Source of the DNA: Lobosporangium transversale
Taxonomy: Eukaryota
Length of the DNA: 64,000 bases
Direction of reading: 5' to 3'
Assembly (NCBI RefSeq): GCF_002105155.1
Contig: NW_019028997.1
Coordinates: 558,001 to 622,000 of the forward strand
In this document: positions 1 through 16,630 of the stretch, in pieces
How positions within the stretch are numbered: position 1 is the first letter of the stretch
Layout of the letters: every line of letters begins with the position of its first letter
Notes under the pieces: model-generated
Seen by the model: the letters and a program-made list of their open reading frames with translations, nothing else
Databases searched by the model: none
What the model was told of the DNA's origin: nothing
Translations under genes and position numbers: made by a program

Positions 1-1105
1 CCCATTCGCATTCAACATCCACACCCATTCACACTCACATCCACACACATACCTATACACAGAAAGAAAGAGAAGAAAGAAAAACCAGTACAGACAAGGT
101 ACACGTCGCTCTGTAGTCCTTAATGCTCATTGTACGAAACACTTGTTATATCTTTTTCCTTTTTCCTTTTTCTTTTTTCCTTTTTCTTTTTCTAGTGTCC
201 TTAAAGCTCTTTTGTTAACGTTGAGTGCTTTGATAGATGGATGCGGGATAATCGATTAATGTCAGTCTACTTTCTTTTTTAATATCAATTGCAGACGAAC
301 GACGCTTGCACAATGAGCTGAGTGAGCTTTTTTTTTTTTTTTTTTTTATTTTTTTTTTATTTGATCGTTGTTGAAAAGTAGTGGTACAATATTATACAAG
401 GAAAAGAATACAAGTCAAGGAGGGACAAAGGGAAGATGGGGGAAGGAGTAGAAAAGAGGGCACCCCAATGGCATCTTTTTTGGGTTTGCCACACAAGCCT
501 TTTTTTAATCATTCTGGGTTCCCGTCTCTTTGATCAAGAAACAAAGTAAAATCCAAATTGCAATTGAATTCTTGACAAAGGGACTCGCAAGGTAAGCTCA
601 GTTAAAGTGTAAAGGGATACAGGTTATTATAGAGAATAGATGAATTCAAAGATGAATTACATAGTATATATATATATGTATGTATTGTATATATGTATAT
701 TTATATGTATTTTATATAATCTGGACACTTATAAAATATGTTTATATTTATATATATATTATATACAACATATATACTGGTATAGCTATAATGGTTATCT
801 ACAACATTTGTTCAAAAGGAATTACTTTTAATCCGCTCTGTGCCCCGTGCTCCAGGTCCACAAGGTCATGGTCAAATGTCAGTGCCCCCAAGTGTTGAAA
901 GTGCTCAACTGTTAAAAAATTAAAAAGTTTTTTTTTTTTTTCTAGTTCCCAAGCATTTTTTGTTTCCTTCATCATATCCTAAAGTAGGTCTATTTTGATC
1001 AATCATGTCATACAAACTAGACTGGTCATTGTAAATAAATGTAATTGTGCTGTAGTTCAAGCTGTTTGTGATCGGGTCAAGTTCAAGCTGTTTGTGGTCG
1101 GGTCG

Positions 1106-1136
<31 letters not shown>

Positions 1137-1970
1137 CCCCTACTGTAGGCGAGGATGATGGACATTGATTACGATGGTCTTGGCTTTTGTCATGTTGCTT
1201 GAATGTTTTGTTTTGAGAATGTCTCAGTTTTGTTGAGATCTGTATAATTCCTTACTTACCAGGGTGTGGTAAATAGGGAAGTTTGAGAAGAAGAAAAAAA
1301 AAAAAAAAAAAAAAAAGGGAGGCGAACTAAGAAAGCATCATGATGTCTGCAGATCAATCAAAACAAATCAAAAAGATGTTACCACTATGCATGCAAGGCA
1401 CGATCTCTGTCCTTTTATTTTTTTTTTTTTTTTTTTTTCTTTTTCTTCCCTTCCTCCCCTTCCTGTGAATTCATGATAATCATCTTTTTTTTTCTTTAAA
1501 AAAAAAAGGGGGAAAAAACGAAAAAAGTGTACAAGGACCGAAGAAGGGAGGGAAAAAGGGACGGGGGGGGGGACCGAAAAGATGATCGAAAAAAAGGAAT
1601 TTTCAATTGCATATTTTATTGTTCATGTCCATATCCATATCCATTTCCATATCCATGTCCATGTCCATGTCCATGTCGATGTAGGACAAAATGGATAAAA
1701 GATCAATCAAATCGTTACAGACAAAACTCTTTTTTTTTTTTTACTTTTTATTTATTTATTTTTATTTCAGATAGTTGACAGTTATTTGTGAGTTCATGAG
1801 AAAAAAAATAAAAAATAAAAAATAAGAAATAGGGCATAAAGGCTTTTTTACTTTTTGTCAATTCCCATTTTTATTGTTATCGACCCTCATGGACAAAAAC
1901 AAACTGTCGCTATGGCCATAATCGCCTCTTTTCTTTTTCAATTGAATATACCTCTGTAATAAATACATGT

Positions 1971-2007
<37 letters not shown>

Positions 2008-5000
2008 ATAACATTAAGGCACTTTTTTTATTTTTTGTTTTTTTTGTTTGTTTGTTTTTTTATTCCGATTGCAAAAAAATAAAAAAAAAAAAAAAAGATC
2101 ATGTTTATATATTAATTATATATATATATACTTTATTTATTTTACTATATTCTATTGAATGTAACCAATTAATCCAAATGGCCCAAAATGCGGGATTCAT
2201 TTGGCGTTTAGGAAAATGTAAGCCAAGTTAGGGTAAAAAAAATGCGACATGTTCAAACATTTCAATCATGTCTAGAAACAGGGCACGGATAATGGATGCA
2301 AAGTGTTTATATATTTATATATAAAGAGACCCATAGGCTAGGACAGGATGAGGATGAGGATGAAGGGGAAGGGGAAGGGGAAGGGGAAGGGGAAAGGGGG
2401 AAAGGGAAGAAAGGGAATAGAAAAGAATTGCTGGGGTTGAGTGAGTCTCAGTGATGGGTTTGTAGCCTTTTATATTACAGTTTGAATAGGCGATGAAGAT
2501 CAACTTGGTTTTATATATAGTATAGATATACAGGTGTCTAAGAAGAATCGACATGATTCGGGACTAAAAAAAAAAAAACAGCTAATCAAAGTAATCACTA
2601 GAATGGCTGGATTGAATGGCGAAGACTCTAAAAAACGGTTTGAGCATATCCATCGAAAAAGCGCTTTTTTTTTTTTTTTTTTAATGGGCTTTGTTGCCAT
2701 GCTCACTCTACATGCTATTGACAACTTGACAAAAAAAAAAAAAAAAAAAAAAACAGCATAGAGGACCAGCCTCTTCTTTTTTATTTAAAACATCAAGAGC
2801 AATCATGGAGAAGATCAGCATGCCTGCGCACATTCTGAAAAAAAAGGGTCATGAAGGAAAAGGAGGAGGGTGGTAAATGACTTTTAGAGATCAATCCCAA
2901 GCATTGGCGGGTAATGCATGTTCAACAGGACGCTTACAATGCTTGTGTGGTTGCCTTAGGTTGTCGATGTTGTTGTTGTATAGAGTTATGGATGTTTTGA
3001 TGATGTGCGTATGAGCATGAGTTGTGGCCAAAGTACATGTGTTGTGTATGTAATAATATTTTTATCTTTTGACCCTAATGACCACCATTCTTATGGATTG
3101 AGTATGCGTATGGTAAAAAAGAGATTAAATGTTTAAGGTGCAAGAGTGTTTGCATATGCATATCGCATGTTGTGCAAAGCATTGTAGATGTATACCAATT
3201 TGAAAATCCCATCGTCTTTACATCCCTCAACACCATTGGAACCGATGCGGATGATATTATAAAACGTACGATTGTATTTAAAGTATTTTATTTTAATTCA
3301 ATATCTTTTCTATTGTATCCACTGTAACCTATTGTAATCCTTTCAATAGAAAGTATACCATCAACATATGCAACCACTTCTTCATCCATTCAATCCCATC
3401 CATTGTCCTGCTCTGCCCTGCCCTGCCCTGCCCTGCCCTGTTCTGCTCCTGCTCTTTGCTCTATTCTTGACAGTAAATAAACGGACAGACAGCGGTGCTA
3501 CAAAGACCGAGCCATGAACAGACCAGGGTTCGTTTGTATTTCTTATTTTATTTTATTTTCTTTATTTTATTTTTTTTATTTTAAGCCAAATGGCTCGACC
3601 TTCGCCACTTTTCTTTCTCTCCCCTTCTTTTGCAACTTTCATCACCCACTTCTCCTCCTACGCTCCTATTTCTACTCTCGTTGCTCTCTCTCTCTCTCTG
3701 TCTCTCTATTCCTTTCTACTCTTCCGCCACCCTCTCATTCTTCAAAAAAAGAATTGTATCCGCAACCATCGCCCATCCCATCTCATCCTCTTCTTCCTTT
3801 ATAAAGCCTCTTGATCATCTCTACTCTTCACTTCTCTCTTCTCTTTTCTCTCTACTCCAACTTACTCTCCACAATCCGACTTGATTGTCCTTCTTGATCT
3901 TGACATCTAACAGTTTTGTTTTTTCCTTTTTCATTCATTCACTCTACGTGTCCTTCTTCTCCATATTTCCACTCTTGGCATTTTTCTTTTTTAACGTTCA
4001 TTCTGTGGCGTTAATGGCCGTTGCGACACTTCATTCTTCTTTATCCAAACATCCGTCCATCAGTTACATACCTTTCTTTACAGCCGTGATATCTGTCCGG
4101 TCAGCCTATTTATCCATCCTATCATCATTTCGATCATCCTTATCAGAAAGATCTCGGCCACAGCTGGTACCGTATCATTGCTATCTCAACATCCGTTCAC
4201 ACCTCTTGCCTTTTAAACCTGCATTATCACAGCTGGACAGATTTTAAAATTTTTTTTTCCTCCCTTTTTGAAATAATCATTGTTCAAAGCAGCCAGCTCC
4301 TCCAACACCAACAACATATAACCTGAATATCCATAGTGTCGATAGATATCCATCTTTTGTAGAATTTTTCACGTCCTTTTAGTACAGAATCATTTTTGCT
4401 CAACCTTTTTTTTTGTTTCTTTTTTGATAGCTTTTGTAGTACCATTTTCATTTGTATAGAGTTATTTCATTTTTTTTTGTTATTTCTGTCGCTCTTTGAT
4501 TTCTCTTTCCCCCCTCCCCCCCCCCCAAGCAATCCTGTATCGCTCTCTGACCTCATTTCGTTTCATATACAATAACTCAAAATCCCCAGGGCCGAGGAAA
4601 AAGCGCTTTGTTGTTGTTGCTGTTTTCTAGTCCCTATTCTGACGTTTTATCTAACGTATTTTTGTGAATATCCTTCAATCCTTTGCCCTTTGTTCATCAC
4701 TATAATCCTTCATCAACATACTTCAAAGAAAGTTCTCTCAATTTGAGTTTACCTTTTTTTTTTTTTTTTTTTTTTTTTTTTGATTCTCCTTTTCTTTGTA
4801 TATAGTATAAGATTGAACCTTTTTTTTTTTTTTTTTTTTTTTGAGGCATTTGCTTTGTTTTGCTTTGCTTTGCTTCCCAAGACATTGAACTCACGAGACA
4901 AGTCGCGTTATATTGTTCCTTTTGAACCCGACAGAACAACAGTAAATTTCACCTGCGGGATAAAATCAGACGAAGTCTAATCGTTTTTAAGAGTCCTCAG

Positions 5001-5039
5001 ACAGTAAACTCTACTATTTGCAAAGGTATATAGAAAGTC

Positions 5040-5073
<34 letters not shown>

Positions 5074-5237
5074 AGCATAGAACGATATGTTTGACTTGTT
5101 AATGCTGCTTCATCCATCTAACGCATGAACTCTTTCCCTATTTTCCTCTCAGCCTTTACGCAGCTTTTTTTTTTTTAAAAAAAAAACAAAAAGGGCCCTT
5201 TTGATCATTATCCCCTTTGTTTCTCTACAGTATACCT

Positions 5238-7847
5238 ATGGAGCCACACTCCTTCCCCATTTCATCCCCTGATCGCATGTCTCCCCTTCAAAATAATACA
5301 TCCAGGTCGGGGGAAGAGAGGCTCGAAACACCAACTGTTTCCTCCCAGTCGTTCCAATCCATGGAATACCCTGTTGGGTTTCAACAACAACAACAACAAC
5401 AACAACAACATCAAGGACTAAAATTCAGTCCAATGTATCCTCAACAAATACTTGCGTCGTCTAACTGTAACCCGGTTCATGGCCATCCTAATTCGGATGG
5501 GATGCAGGGAGCATGGCATCCATCACCGATCAAGACAAGAAAAGAGGGGAATCATCTATATTTCCAACCCCGGTATGGACATTTCGTGCAGTCCCAGTCC
5601 TACATACCATTCCTTCCTCTGGGTAACCAACCAACATTAGCATATCCAGCGACTACACAGTCATCGCATACTTCTCCTCCCCCCCAAGGGCAATATGATT
5701 ATACTGCGGCCCTCAATGCAAGTCATCAGTTCTCGCCTTACGAGGAGCTTACGAATGTGGAGAGGCCAGACAGGACAGTGAGTGAGAGCCAAGTGGTCTT
5801 GTTGGAGATGGCCGCCAACAATTTGGCGCTTACAACTCCATCCACGTCCCCCAGCATGCGTTCTTCGTCCTTCCCGCCAGAGTCAAGTACACATCCCACG
5901 TCGGAGCTGACAAACACTTCTGCAATCAAACAGAGCGGGAGCGGTAAAGGGAGACGAAGCCCAAGTAGAAACGAGGGTGTCAAGGCTAGCTCAGAGACAG
6001 ATGGAGAGTCTGAGCGGGACGACAGCAGCTTTGCGGGGAGCACGAATCTCAATAGAGGATCATACGGAAAAGCCGGTATGGCCCGTGACCAATCCGCTCC
6101 CAGAGAATCTTCCGTCATCAGCTACATAGATAGTCCGACCAGTACCGCGTCGCATTCAGTTTCGCCATCAACAACTCACTCGTTGCCTTCGACGTCACCG
6201 CTTCTTCCGCCATATTTCCACTCTGCAGTCCTGCCTTCGTCGGACACACTTCCACAGACACTTTTCTTTGGTGGCGGTGTGCGTGACTTCACTGCATCGC
6301 TTCAGCAGCGCAATCTGCCAATGACCCTACAGCAGTCTGCTCAAGGATCTATCCACTCCCAGAGTCTATGGCAGCAATCAGAATTAAGCAATCACAGCGC
6401 CCCCGCAGGCTTCACAGTCCCTGTGACCTCTACAATGGCCATTAGCTCAGCCCACTCGAGCCCGGTGAGCCAAAGTGTTGCTTCGTTTGTGAGGGAAGCG
6501 ACCAATTTCTCGGGTCCAGTAGCAGTACCAGGTGAAAGCCCTGGAGCTCTTTCACCGTTCCTTGGAAGTCCACACGGGCTACAGATGAACCCTGACTACT
6601 TTGCATGCAAGCCACTGCACATGGGTGAGCAAATGCAGGTGGATCCACGCTGCTTCCCACAGGGGGAGGAACAAGCCCAGGAAAATACTTTGCGGACACA
6701 ACATGTTTATCAAATGCACCCATCGCAACAGATAATCAATGGTGGCCAAATACGCCAAGCAGGACAAATGTCCGGCCAGACTCTTTCCCTCCAGAGTATA
6801 CAACATCAACAGCAGCTGCATCTGGAGAGAAGGGATAATCCTGAAGGGTTCTTGGGCACGCATCAGGCATTAGTAGACCAATATGGCTTGGTAGTAAACA
6901 CGAACCCAGAAATGCTAGAGACTCATAGCGATGATGAGTTTGTTCTTTATTCATCAGGAAATGAGGGGAGTTCCTACGCGACAGCAAGCACGGGCTCTAT
7001 TAATCAAATGCGTCCACGATCACTGACTGCCCCAAGGAGTGAGACTCCTTTGGGTTCTATTCTATCTACAGGAGCGGATGCAATCGCTCAGGAGGATAAC
7101 AATCAGATGCAGTATATACATACACAGGTTCTATTCGATCCAACAGCGTATACCCTTGCTCAAAGATTATCGAACGAGGCGAGCTTTCAACAGGAGAGGC
7201 GTCTACAGCAGCAGAGAAAGCAAGAGGCCCAAGCACTCGGGACTTCAGTATCATCGTCGTCAAAGTCAACAAAACCATTGCTCCTACCAAAGACAAAACC
7301 AAAGCAAGGCTGCTCCGCTTACCCATATCCAACGTCATCTAGTGTAGATTCAACTAGCTCTAGTACGGATGGAAGCGGGAAGGATTCAAAGGGTTCATCA
7401 AAGAGCAAGAGTAGCAGTAGTGGAGGAAGGAGAAGCAAGGCATCCACGCCCGAGTCCAAAGCAACAAGGACCCTGTTTACCTGTAATGAACCCGACTGTG
7501 GGAAAACGTTTACACGGCCGTTCAATCTCCGATCCCATTTAGATACTCATGCAGGCATAAGGCCACATCGATGTATTGATTTGGTGGGAGTCGAAAATGG
7601 AGCTTGCTCATACGATTTCACGCGACGTCACGATTTGGTGCGTCATGTGAAGGCCAAGCATCGGGATGTCTATGAGGTGCTCTTAGCAACCTCTACCAGG
7701 AAAAAGGCGGCTAAAAAGACGACAGAAGAATCCACCATGGATGTGAACAATGATGATGAGCATCAACATCATTATCTTCATCATATCGATGGTGGTAGTG
7801 ATACTACGGACAGTGATGCTGAAGAAGAAGATGAAGATGATGTATGA
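5238..7847 (+). CDS. C2H2 zinc-finger transcription factor (Crz1/Swi5-like finger pair)
   Basis: Long S/Q/P-rich ORF, first ATG at 5238. C-terminal fingers FTCNEPDCGKTFTRPFNLRSHLDTH and RCIDLVGVENGACSYDFTRRHDLVRHVKAKH resemble the Crz1-type FTRxYNLRSH...FxRxHD pattern. Acidic tail. Possible 5'-UTR intron(s) upstream (acceptor-like ctacag ending 5230). Confidence 0.85.
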   Translation: MEPHSFPISSPDRMSPLQNNTSRSGEERLETPTVSSQSFQSMEYPVGFQQQQQQQQQHQGLKFSPMYPQQILASSNCNPVHGHPNSDGMQGAWHPSPIKTRKEGNHLYFQPRYGHFVQSQSYIPFLPLGNQPTLAYPATTQSSHTSPPPQGQYDYTAALNASHQFSPYEELTNVERPDRTVSESQVVLLEMAANNLALTTPSTSPSMRSSSFPPESSTHPTSELTNTSAIKQSGSGKGRRSPSRNEGVKASSETDGESERDDSSFAGSTNLNRGSYGKAGMARDQSAPRESSVISYIDSPTSTASHSVSPSTTHSLPSTSPLLPPYFHSAVLPSSDTLPQTLFFGGGVRDFTASLQQRNLPMTLQQSAQGSIHSQSLWQQSELSNHSAPAGFTVPVTSTMAISSAHSSPVSQSVASFVREATNFSGPVAVPGESPGALSPFLGSPHGLQMNPDYFACKPLHMGEQMQVDPRCFPQGEEQAQENTLRTQHVYQMHPSQQIINGGQIRQAGQMSGQTLSLQSIQHQQQLHLERRDNPEGFLGTHQALVDQYGLVVNTNPEMLETHSDDEFVLYSSGNEGSSYATASTGSINQMRPRSLTAPRSETPLGSILSTGADAIAQEDNNQMQYIHTQVLFDPTAYTLAQRLSNEASFQQERRLQQQRKQEAQALGTSVSSSSKSTKPLLLPKTKPKQGCSAYPYPTSSSVDSTSSSTDGSGKDSKGSSKSKSSSSGGRRSKASTPESKATRTLFTCNEPDCGKTFTRPFNLRSHLDTHAGIRPHRCIDLVGVENGACSYDFTRRHDLVRHVKAKHRDVYEVLLATSTRKKAAKKTTEESTMDVNNDDEHQHHYLHHIDGGSDTTDSDAEEEDEDDV

Positions 7848-8288
7848 GAAAAAAAAAAAAAAAAAAAAAAAAGCGACAGATAGCATCATCCCATTTAGCA
7901 CAGCATTCACCTTTTTGTCTCTTTGTCTTTTTTGTATAATATAATTTATTTATTCTGATCTTGGACAAAGGTGCATAAAGAGAGTGTTATCATGTTATCA
8001 TACTATCATGTTATCAGACAAGAAATGACACATATAAAGCTCAATCAGGTATTATACGTGCATGCATAAAATATTAATATATTTTATGAATACAAAGGGA
8101 ACAAGGACGGTTCCTGTTTGTAAAAAGAATGAAAAAGATTGGTTGTTATGATGCTCCCACATTAGAATCCATCAGAACATGGAATGATGATTTTAATTCC
8201 TCCAAAATCTTTTTTAGTCTAGCTAAACATGGTAGCGTAACTTGTAAAAAGTTCATATAAACCCGATCGATTCTTAATCCCAAACGCG

Positions 8289-8323
<35 letters not shown>

Positions 8324-8795
8324 AGACATGGCATGCAAAAAGAATTATTATGTCAATCATTTATTTCTTTATTTATTATGTATTATTGATCTTATTTATT
8401 TGTTAATTATTTTGGATTGTAGGATTGTAAGGATTTGTAGGCATTTAGTTTTTTTTTTTTTAAAGAGGTTTTTGTGTAATATAAGTTTGTTGTAGAAAGT
8501 CGTTCCTTCTTCTTTTATTTGTCCCTTCTTTTCTCTTTTCTTTTTTTTTTTTTTTTTTTTTTTTTCCTCTTTACTCCTTTCTACTCCTTTAACTTTCTTT
8601 TCTCCATATTATATCCCATCTACCCATCTAACTGCGGTTGATAATTTTCACAACGTTTTCACACACACACACAGACATCTTCCCTTCACCCCCTTTGGAT
8701 TATATCTGTTTGAATATACCTTCTCTTCTCCTTTTTCCTTTTCCTTTTTTTTTTTTTTTTTTTTTTTACTGCAAACAAACAAACAAAAAGTCAAC

Positions 8796-9077
8796 ATGCG
8801 TTTTACCGGTACAACCATCCTTTCAGTCCTTGGTAAGCAGGAAAATAAAAATAAAAAAAATAATAATAACGCGTTTTTGTTATTTATGCCTTTTACAATG
8901 CATGTGTCACACGACGTAATCTGCGATCTCATCTTTACCCATCTCTTGGAGATGGAGGGGGGGGGGGAGGGGACAGAAGGTCGGAAAGAGAAAAGAGAAG
9001 GAGGAAAGAGAGAGTGAGCACGGACCTTGAAGCTGGCTTGTGCGTCAATTCATTGTCACACCCCATCACATCACTAA

Positions 9078-9118
<41 letters not shown>

Positions 9119-9345
9119 GCTTTTTTGTACTCCCTCCTATCTTCACTTTCCCACTTCTTCACTTCTTCGCTTCTGCAGCACTCCCTGCGATCGCCGTCAA
9201 TGCTCAAAGCGCGACATATGCAGACTTTGTGACATCTTGTCAAACCCCCGGCCAGGTTGCTCTTACCTATGTAAGTCTAAAGAAAAGAAAAGAAAAGAAA
9301 AGAAAAGAAAGTTTAAAAGTTATAATCATGTCAATTTTCTAAAAC

Positions 9346-9379
<34 letters not shown>

Positions 9380-10327
9380 ACCTCCTTTTTATAGAGCGAA
9401 GGACCTTCGGAAGCAACGATGGAGATGCTTCAGACGCTTAAAGAAGCTCAAGCAAGAGTCACGTTCTTTGCGAATGCCACATGGTTGCAATACATGCAAT
9501 ATGCTGGAGTGACCCGCCATGCGTATTTGGATGGTCATCTGATCGGTATGACCTACCGTCTCCCCTCCGACAGCTCCTCGACCTTGACAGATGATCAGAT
9601 CAAGAACGATATCGCAAAGAACTCGCGTACGATCCAAGACCTGATTGGAGTGTACCCCAAATACATGAAGATCCACGAGTCGAACCTGAAGGATTCAAGG
9701 CTGTTGAGCCTGGTCAAGACCATGGGTTACAGTCTGGTGGGCTTCAACATGGATGAGTACGATTACAAGTACACGACACTGGAGACAGCGGGTCAGATCG
9801 CAGAGGTTTACAACTCCATGTTTTCGAAACAGATGGATGCGTACGGTCGTAAGGCCTCGTATGTGGTTGCTGGGTATGATGTGCCCTCGACAGGCGCAGC
9901 AGCGGCGTTGCCCAAGGTTGTGAATACGATCAATACACACGGGTATGATATGGTTCGTCTGGATGGATGTGTGAATGACAAGACGCCATACAAGAAGGAT
10001 CCGATTACCAATGAAGGCTATATGGGGGATGAACAATCCTTTGGTGGACCAAAATACAAGCATGGACAGGTCACTGTCAAGGTCTCGAACGGTGCACCCG
10101 GTCCAAAGCCAAACAACAACAATAATAATAACGGCCACAACGGCGGCAATGCCGCTGGTGGCACTAATAATGATAACAAGGATCTGCAAGGTGGAGCTGG
10201 ACCGAGCAAGAACGTGAATAACAACAGTGGACCACTCAAGCCCTCTGGTGTCTCCCGAATGACTGTCGCAGCCTCGTCCACCCTCGCTGTTGTCATCCCA
10301 GCAATGGTTTATTCTTTGTTCTTTTAA
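8796..10327 (+). CDS. Secreted, probably GPI-anchored polysaccharide deacetylase-fold (CE4/NodB) protein with degenerate active-site motifs
   Basis: Exons 8796-8832, 9179-9270 and 9395-10327 with GT..AG introns join in frame: signal peptide MRFTGTTILSVLALPAIAVNA, then SCQTPGQVALTYSEGPS..ARVTFF..GHLIGMTY..IGVYPKYM..GYDMVRLDGC, an N/G-rich linker and a hydrophobic C-terminus. Confidence 0.85.
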
Positions 10328-10697
10328 AGCTTCCCTCCCTTTTCCTTTCTTTTTTAAAGTAGATGAATCCCCTCTTTTTTTTTATTTTTTTATTTTTTTT
10401 TTCTGTCTTCAAGAAACTTTCCAATGCCTAGTAATTCTCTAATTCAGAAAAAATAAAAAAATTAAATAAAAAATGAGCCAAGCCAGATCGAGATCAATTT
10501 CTTTAATTTTGTTTTGTTTTGTTTGATAACAGATCTATTCTGCAATTTGCTATTTGCTGGGAATATGTGGGAAATAAAAATGACGGACACGGAGGATGAT
10601 GACTCTTTTTAATCTCTCTCTCTCTCTCTCTCTCTCTCCATAACTTTATAACTCTAACTCCAACTTCATCAACTTCAACTCCAACTTCAACTTTCCA

Positions 10698-10729
<32 letters not shown>

Positions 10730-10835
10730 TTTCCTCTTCCTTTTTTTTTTTTTTTTTTTTTTTTTTGAAATTCAATTCATCCATTGAATTCATTTATTCA
10801 CATTCAGTTTCATTCTCATTTGGGTTGTTCATTCA

Positions 10836-13627
<2,792 letters not shown>

Positions 13628-13734
13628 AGAAAAAAAATAAGAAAAATAAGAAAATAAGAATTTATATAAAAAATAAAAGAGTAAAGAAAAGAGTGTTATT
13701 GCCGATGTTCCAATGGACGATGTACTCAGGATGA

Positions 13735-14000
13735 TCGTGGGGCTAACCGATTATTCGGTTAATAACCAGTCTTTACCAGTTAAAGTGGTTAATTTTTGCC
13801 ATATCAGGTGCACCTAAACCGATTTTTTTTTTTTTCTTTTTTCTTTTTTCTTTTTAACCATGGTCAGAATTAGTCGGTTAAAATCGCTGCCGCCCATGTT
13901 ATAGTTCCAGACAATACCCGAGGCTGGCAAGACTTCATCTGAAGCTTTGATTGAATTCAAACGTCGTTCTGCAACCAAAGTTCAAAAAATGATTCGTTAA
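13735..14000. mobile_element. Possible decayed hAT-like DNA transposon remnant
   Basis: Cluster of AACCG/CGGTT motifs at 13745-13880, as in hAT subterminal regions, followed by a short QYPRLARL-like reading. No TIR or TSD resolved. Confidence 0.2.
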
Positions 14001-15371
14001 ATTGAGCAAGGATTATGGCCTTGGTGCTGGGACACTGCCTTGAAAATGATCTTTCGCAGCCTTCAACTTCATTTGGACTTGCTTTCTTTGTGGGAATTCA
14101 GTTTTTTTTTTTTTTTTTTTATTTCTTTTTTTTTTCTGGGCTTCTTCAAGAGCATCAAAAGTCGAATACAAATTACAATATGGTCAGTTTCGGGCACAAG
14201 CATATCCCGGTTGAAGCTTGAATTCGTGTTCTCATTGATCAACAGGAAAAAAGGCCCAATGGCTGATATTCCAGCTGAAGCAAAATGGCATGAGAGAGCT
14301 TGAATAAAAATTCAACTTTGGTCTCATAGACGACTCCTTTTTGTGAAGAAACTCCATCTGAGATGCCACTGTTTCCCTTTTGCTATATACAAAGCCCTTT
14401 AAATCCCCTTTTGAACTACCCGATATTTACGATATTATACGTCTCATATACTTTTCTTTCTTTGAAAGATTCAGGTTCAATATAATACTTTACTTAGAGC
14501 CAACATGATAACTTCCACTTATATTACCAATAGTAACATGGCTGAGTGCCTTCTTAACACATATCTTTTAAAGGCTAGGATTAGGTGAAGAATGATATGG
14601 ATGGGAACAGCGAGTCAAAATTTATTTTTAGCAAGGGCATAAATGAAATTACTTGGGCCGTAAAACGGGCAAATTTGCCCATTTAGCATTCATTAGCCAC
14701 CTATACATGGGGCAGGCCAGATCCAGTTCTCTGTGATTTTATTAACAGAAAACAACTGACCATTGGCTTCTTGTCACCCATACGAGGCCGCTGAGGGAAG
14801 CTGCTTGCATGGTCCCCGGACTTCGATACATCGGCATATGAGGATCCTTCCCTCATCCCAGAAGGGTTCAGTCAGTCCTTTCGTGATGAGTCTCACACAA
14901 GAGATATTTGAGATGGGTTGGACGCAAGAAGTAAATCACATTCCGGTGCAAGGTTCCCTGCACATGCCCAACCCCGAGCAAATCTCAAACCACGACCGAT
15001 GCTATGACAGCTACAGGCAGGTAGTGAGAGCTAAAGAGAGGGGGAAAAAAAATAAAAAAAGAGAGGAAGCAACTGCAGAGTTATCTAAACAGGATAATAA
15101 AGAATTGATAGACGTGCGGGAGGGATTGGATCGTATTATGCTTGATACGAGTATTTTGCGAACTCCATCTTAAGGAAAGGCAAACAAAATCAGTCTTGAA
15201 GTGTAGTCTATAAAGCCAGCCATTGTTTTAGATGATTTAGCGATGACACAATACATTAAAAATGGTGGCACAAAAAGTTTCAATTGGTGCATCGCATTGA
15301 AATTTCTTTCCCCCTCACTCTCATTTCTCTCATTCCCATTCTCATTTCCCATTTCCATTCACACGGGTACC

Positions 15372-16630
15372 ATGGCAAACACCTATAGGTTTGGTCCGCA
15401 TATCATCCCAGCTAGCCAAATCTTCTTCAGGTCGAAGTACAGTCTAGGACTTGTCAACCTGAAGCCAATTCTTCCGTAAGAGTGATTTTTTTTTTTTTTT
15501 TTTATTTTTTTTTTATTTTTAAAAAAAGCAGGAATAAAATAAAAATTTTGTCCAAGCAATAACGCGTCAGGAAAGCACCACAGCGCCATAACAATATTGC
15601 ATTGTGATTATTATATTGTATATAACAGGGTCTCATACCTTGCTAATAACTTTTTTTTTTTTTTTTTTTTCTTGTTTTGTTTTTTGATCTTAGTGGCCGT
15701 AAGTTACTCCTTTAATTATCATGTATGCTTTCAAATCAAGAAAACCAAATTACAATGCATATTTATTTCTAATTATTAGATGTTTTGGTGATCAGCCGTC
15801 GCAGTGTGCCTCGATTCTTGGATTTGAATGCTGATGAGGTTAGTCAAACAGGAGGAGGAGGAGGAAAAAGGGTATACAAGTTTAAAGAAGATAAAGGTTT
15901 TTTTTATTTATTTATTTTATTTTCTGACTTTGGATTTTTTTTTTCTTAATTCTCCCATGATGCCTAATCAAGGTTAGTGACATGTTCCAGTCTGCCCAGC
16001 GTATTGGTAAGGTCATTGAGAAGGAGTATAATAGTACCTCTTTGACGATCGCATGCCAAGTAAGTCCTTTTTCTGAAAACAATATTTAAATAGTAGTAAA
16101 AACATTAGAAGAAAAAGATGTTTCTGATTAATTAATATCAACGCACTGGTCCTTTTCATTGATATACTTGATATACTTGATATGCTATTTTGCAGGACGG
16201 GCCACATGGTAAGAACGGGAAATGCTTTCTGTAGTCTCTTAATGAGGATTTTTTCCTTTTTTTTTTTTTTCTCCTTCTTCAAAGTAATAACCCTTGACAA
16301 TAATTAATCTATTGTATAACTAATATTTTTATCTTTAATTTTTTTTTAGCCGGACAATCTGTTCCTCATGTCCACGTTCATATTATCCCTCGACGGCTAG
16401 GGGATTTTGGCAATAACGATGATATATACGATGAGATTGCTCGTAATACTAAGGAGTATTTAACAAAAGACTCGGATTCAGTCGATATAGTAGGCATTGG
16501 AGCAGCATTGGCAGCACCTCCAGAGAAGAAAGGAGTGGATTTTGATGAACGGAAACCTCGATCTGAACAAGATATGGCCCAAGAAGCCACGCGATTGGCC
16601 GAATTATTGGATCAACACCAGCTGTCATAA
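15372..16630 (+). CDS. HNT2: FHIT/Hnt2-type dinucleoside triphosphate hydrolase (HIT family)
   Basis: Exons 15372-15475, 15694-15698, 15780-15838, 15973-16059, 16196-16208 and 16350-16630, all GT..AG. They give [77 protein letters not shown], which carries the FHIT-branch HxHxH and NDDIY motifs. Confidence 0.93.

Noticed and set aside
640..5000. Short ORFs rich in F/K/Y/I here and throughout intergenic DNA
   Set aside because: Products of homopolymer and microsatellite tracts, with no domain signal.
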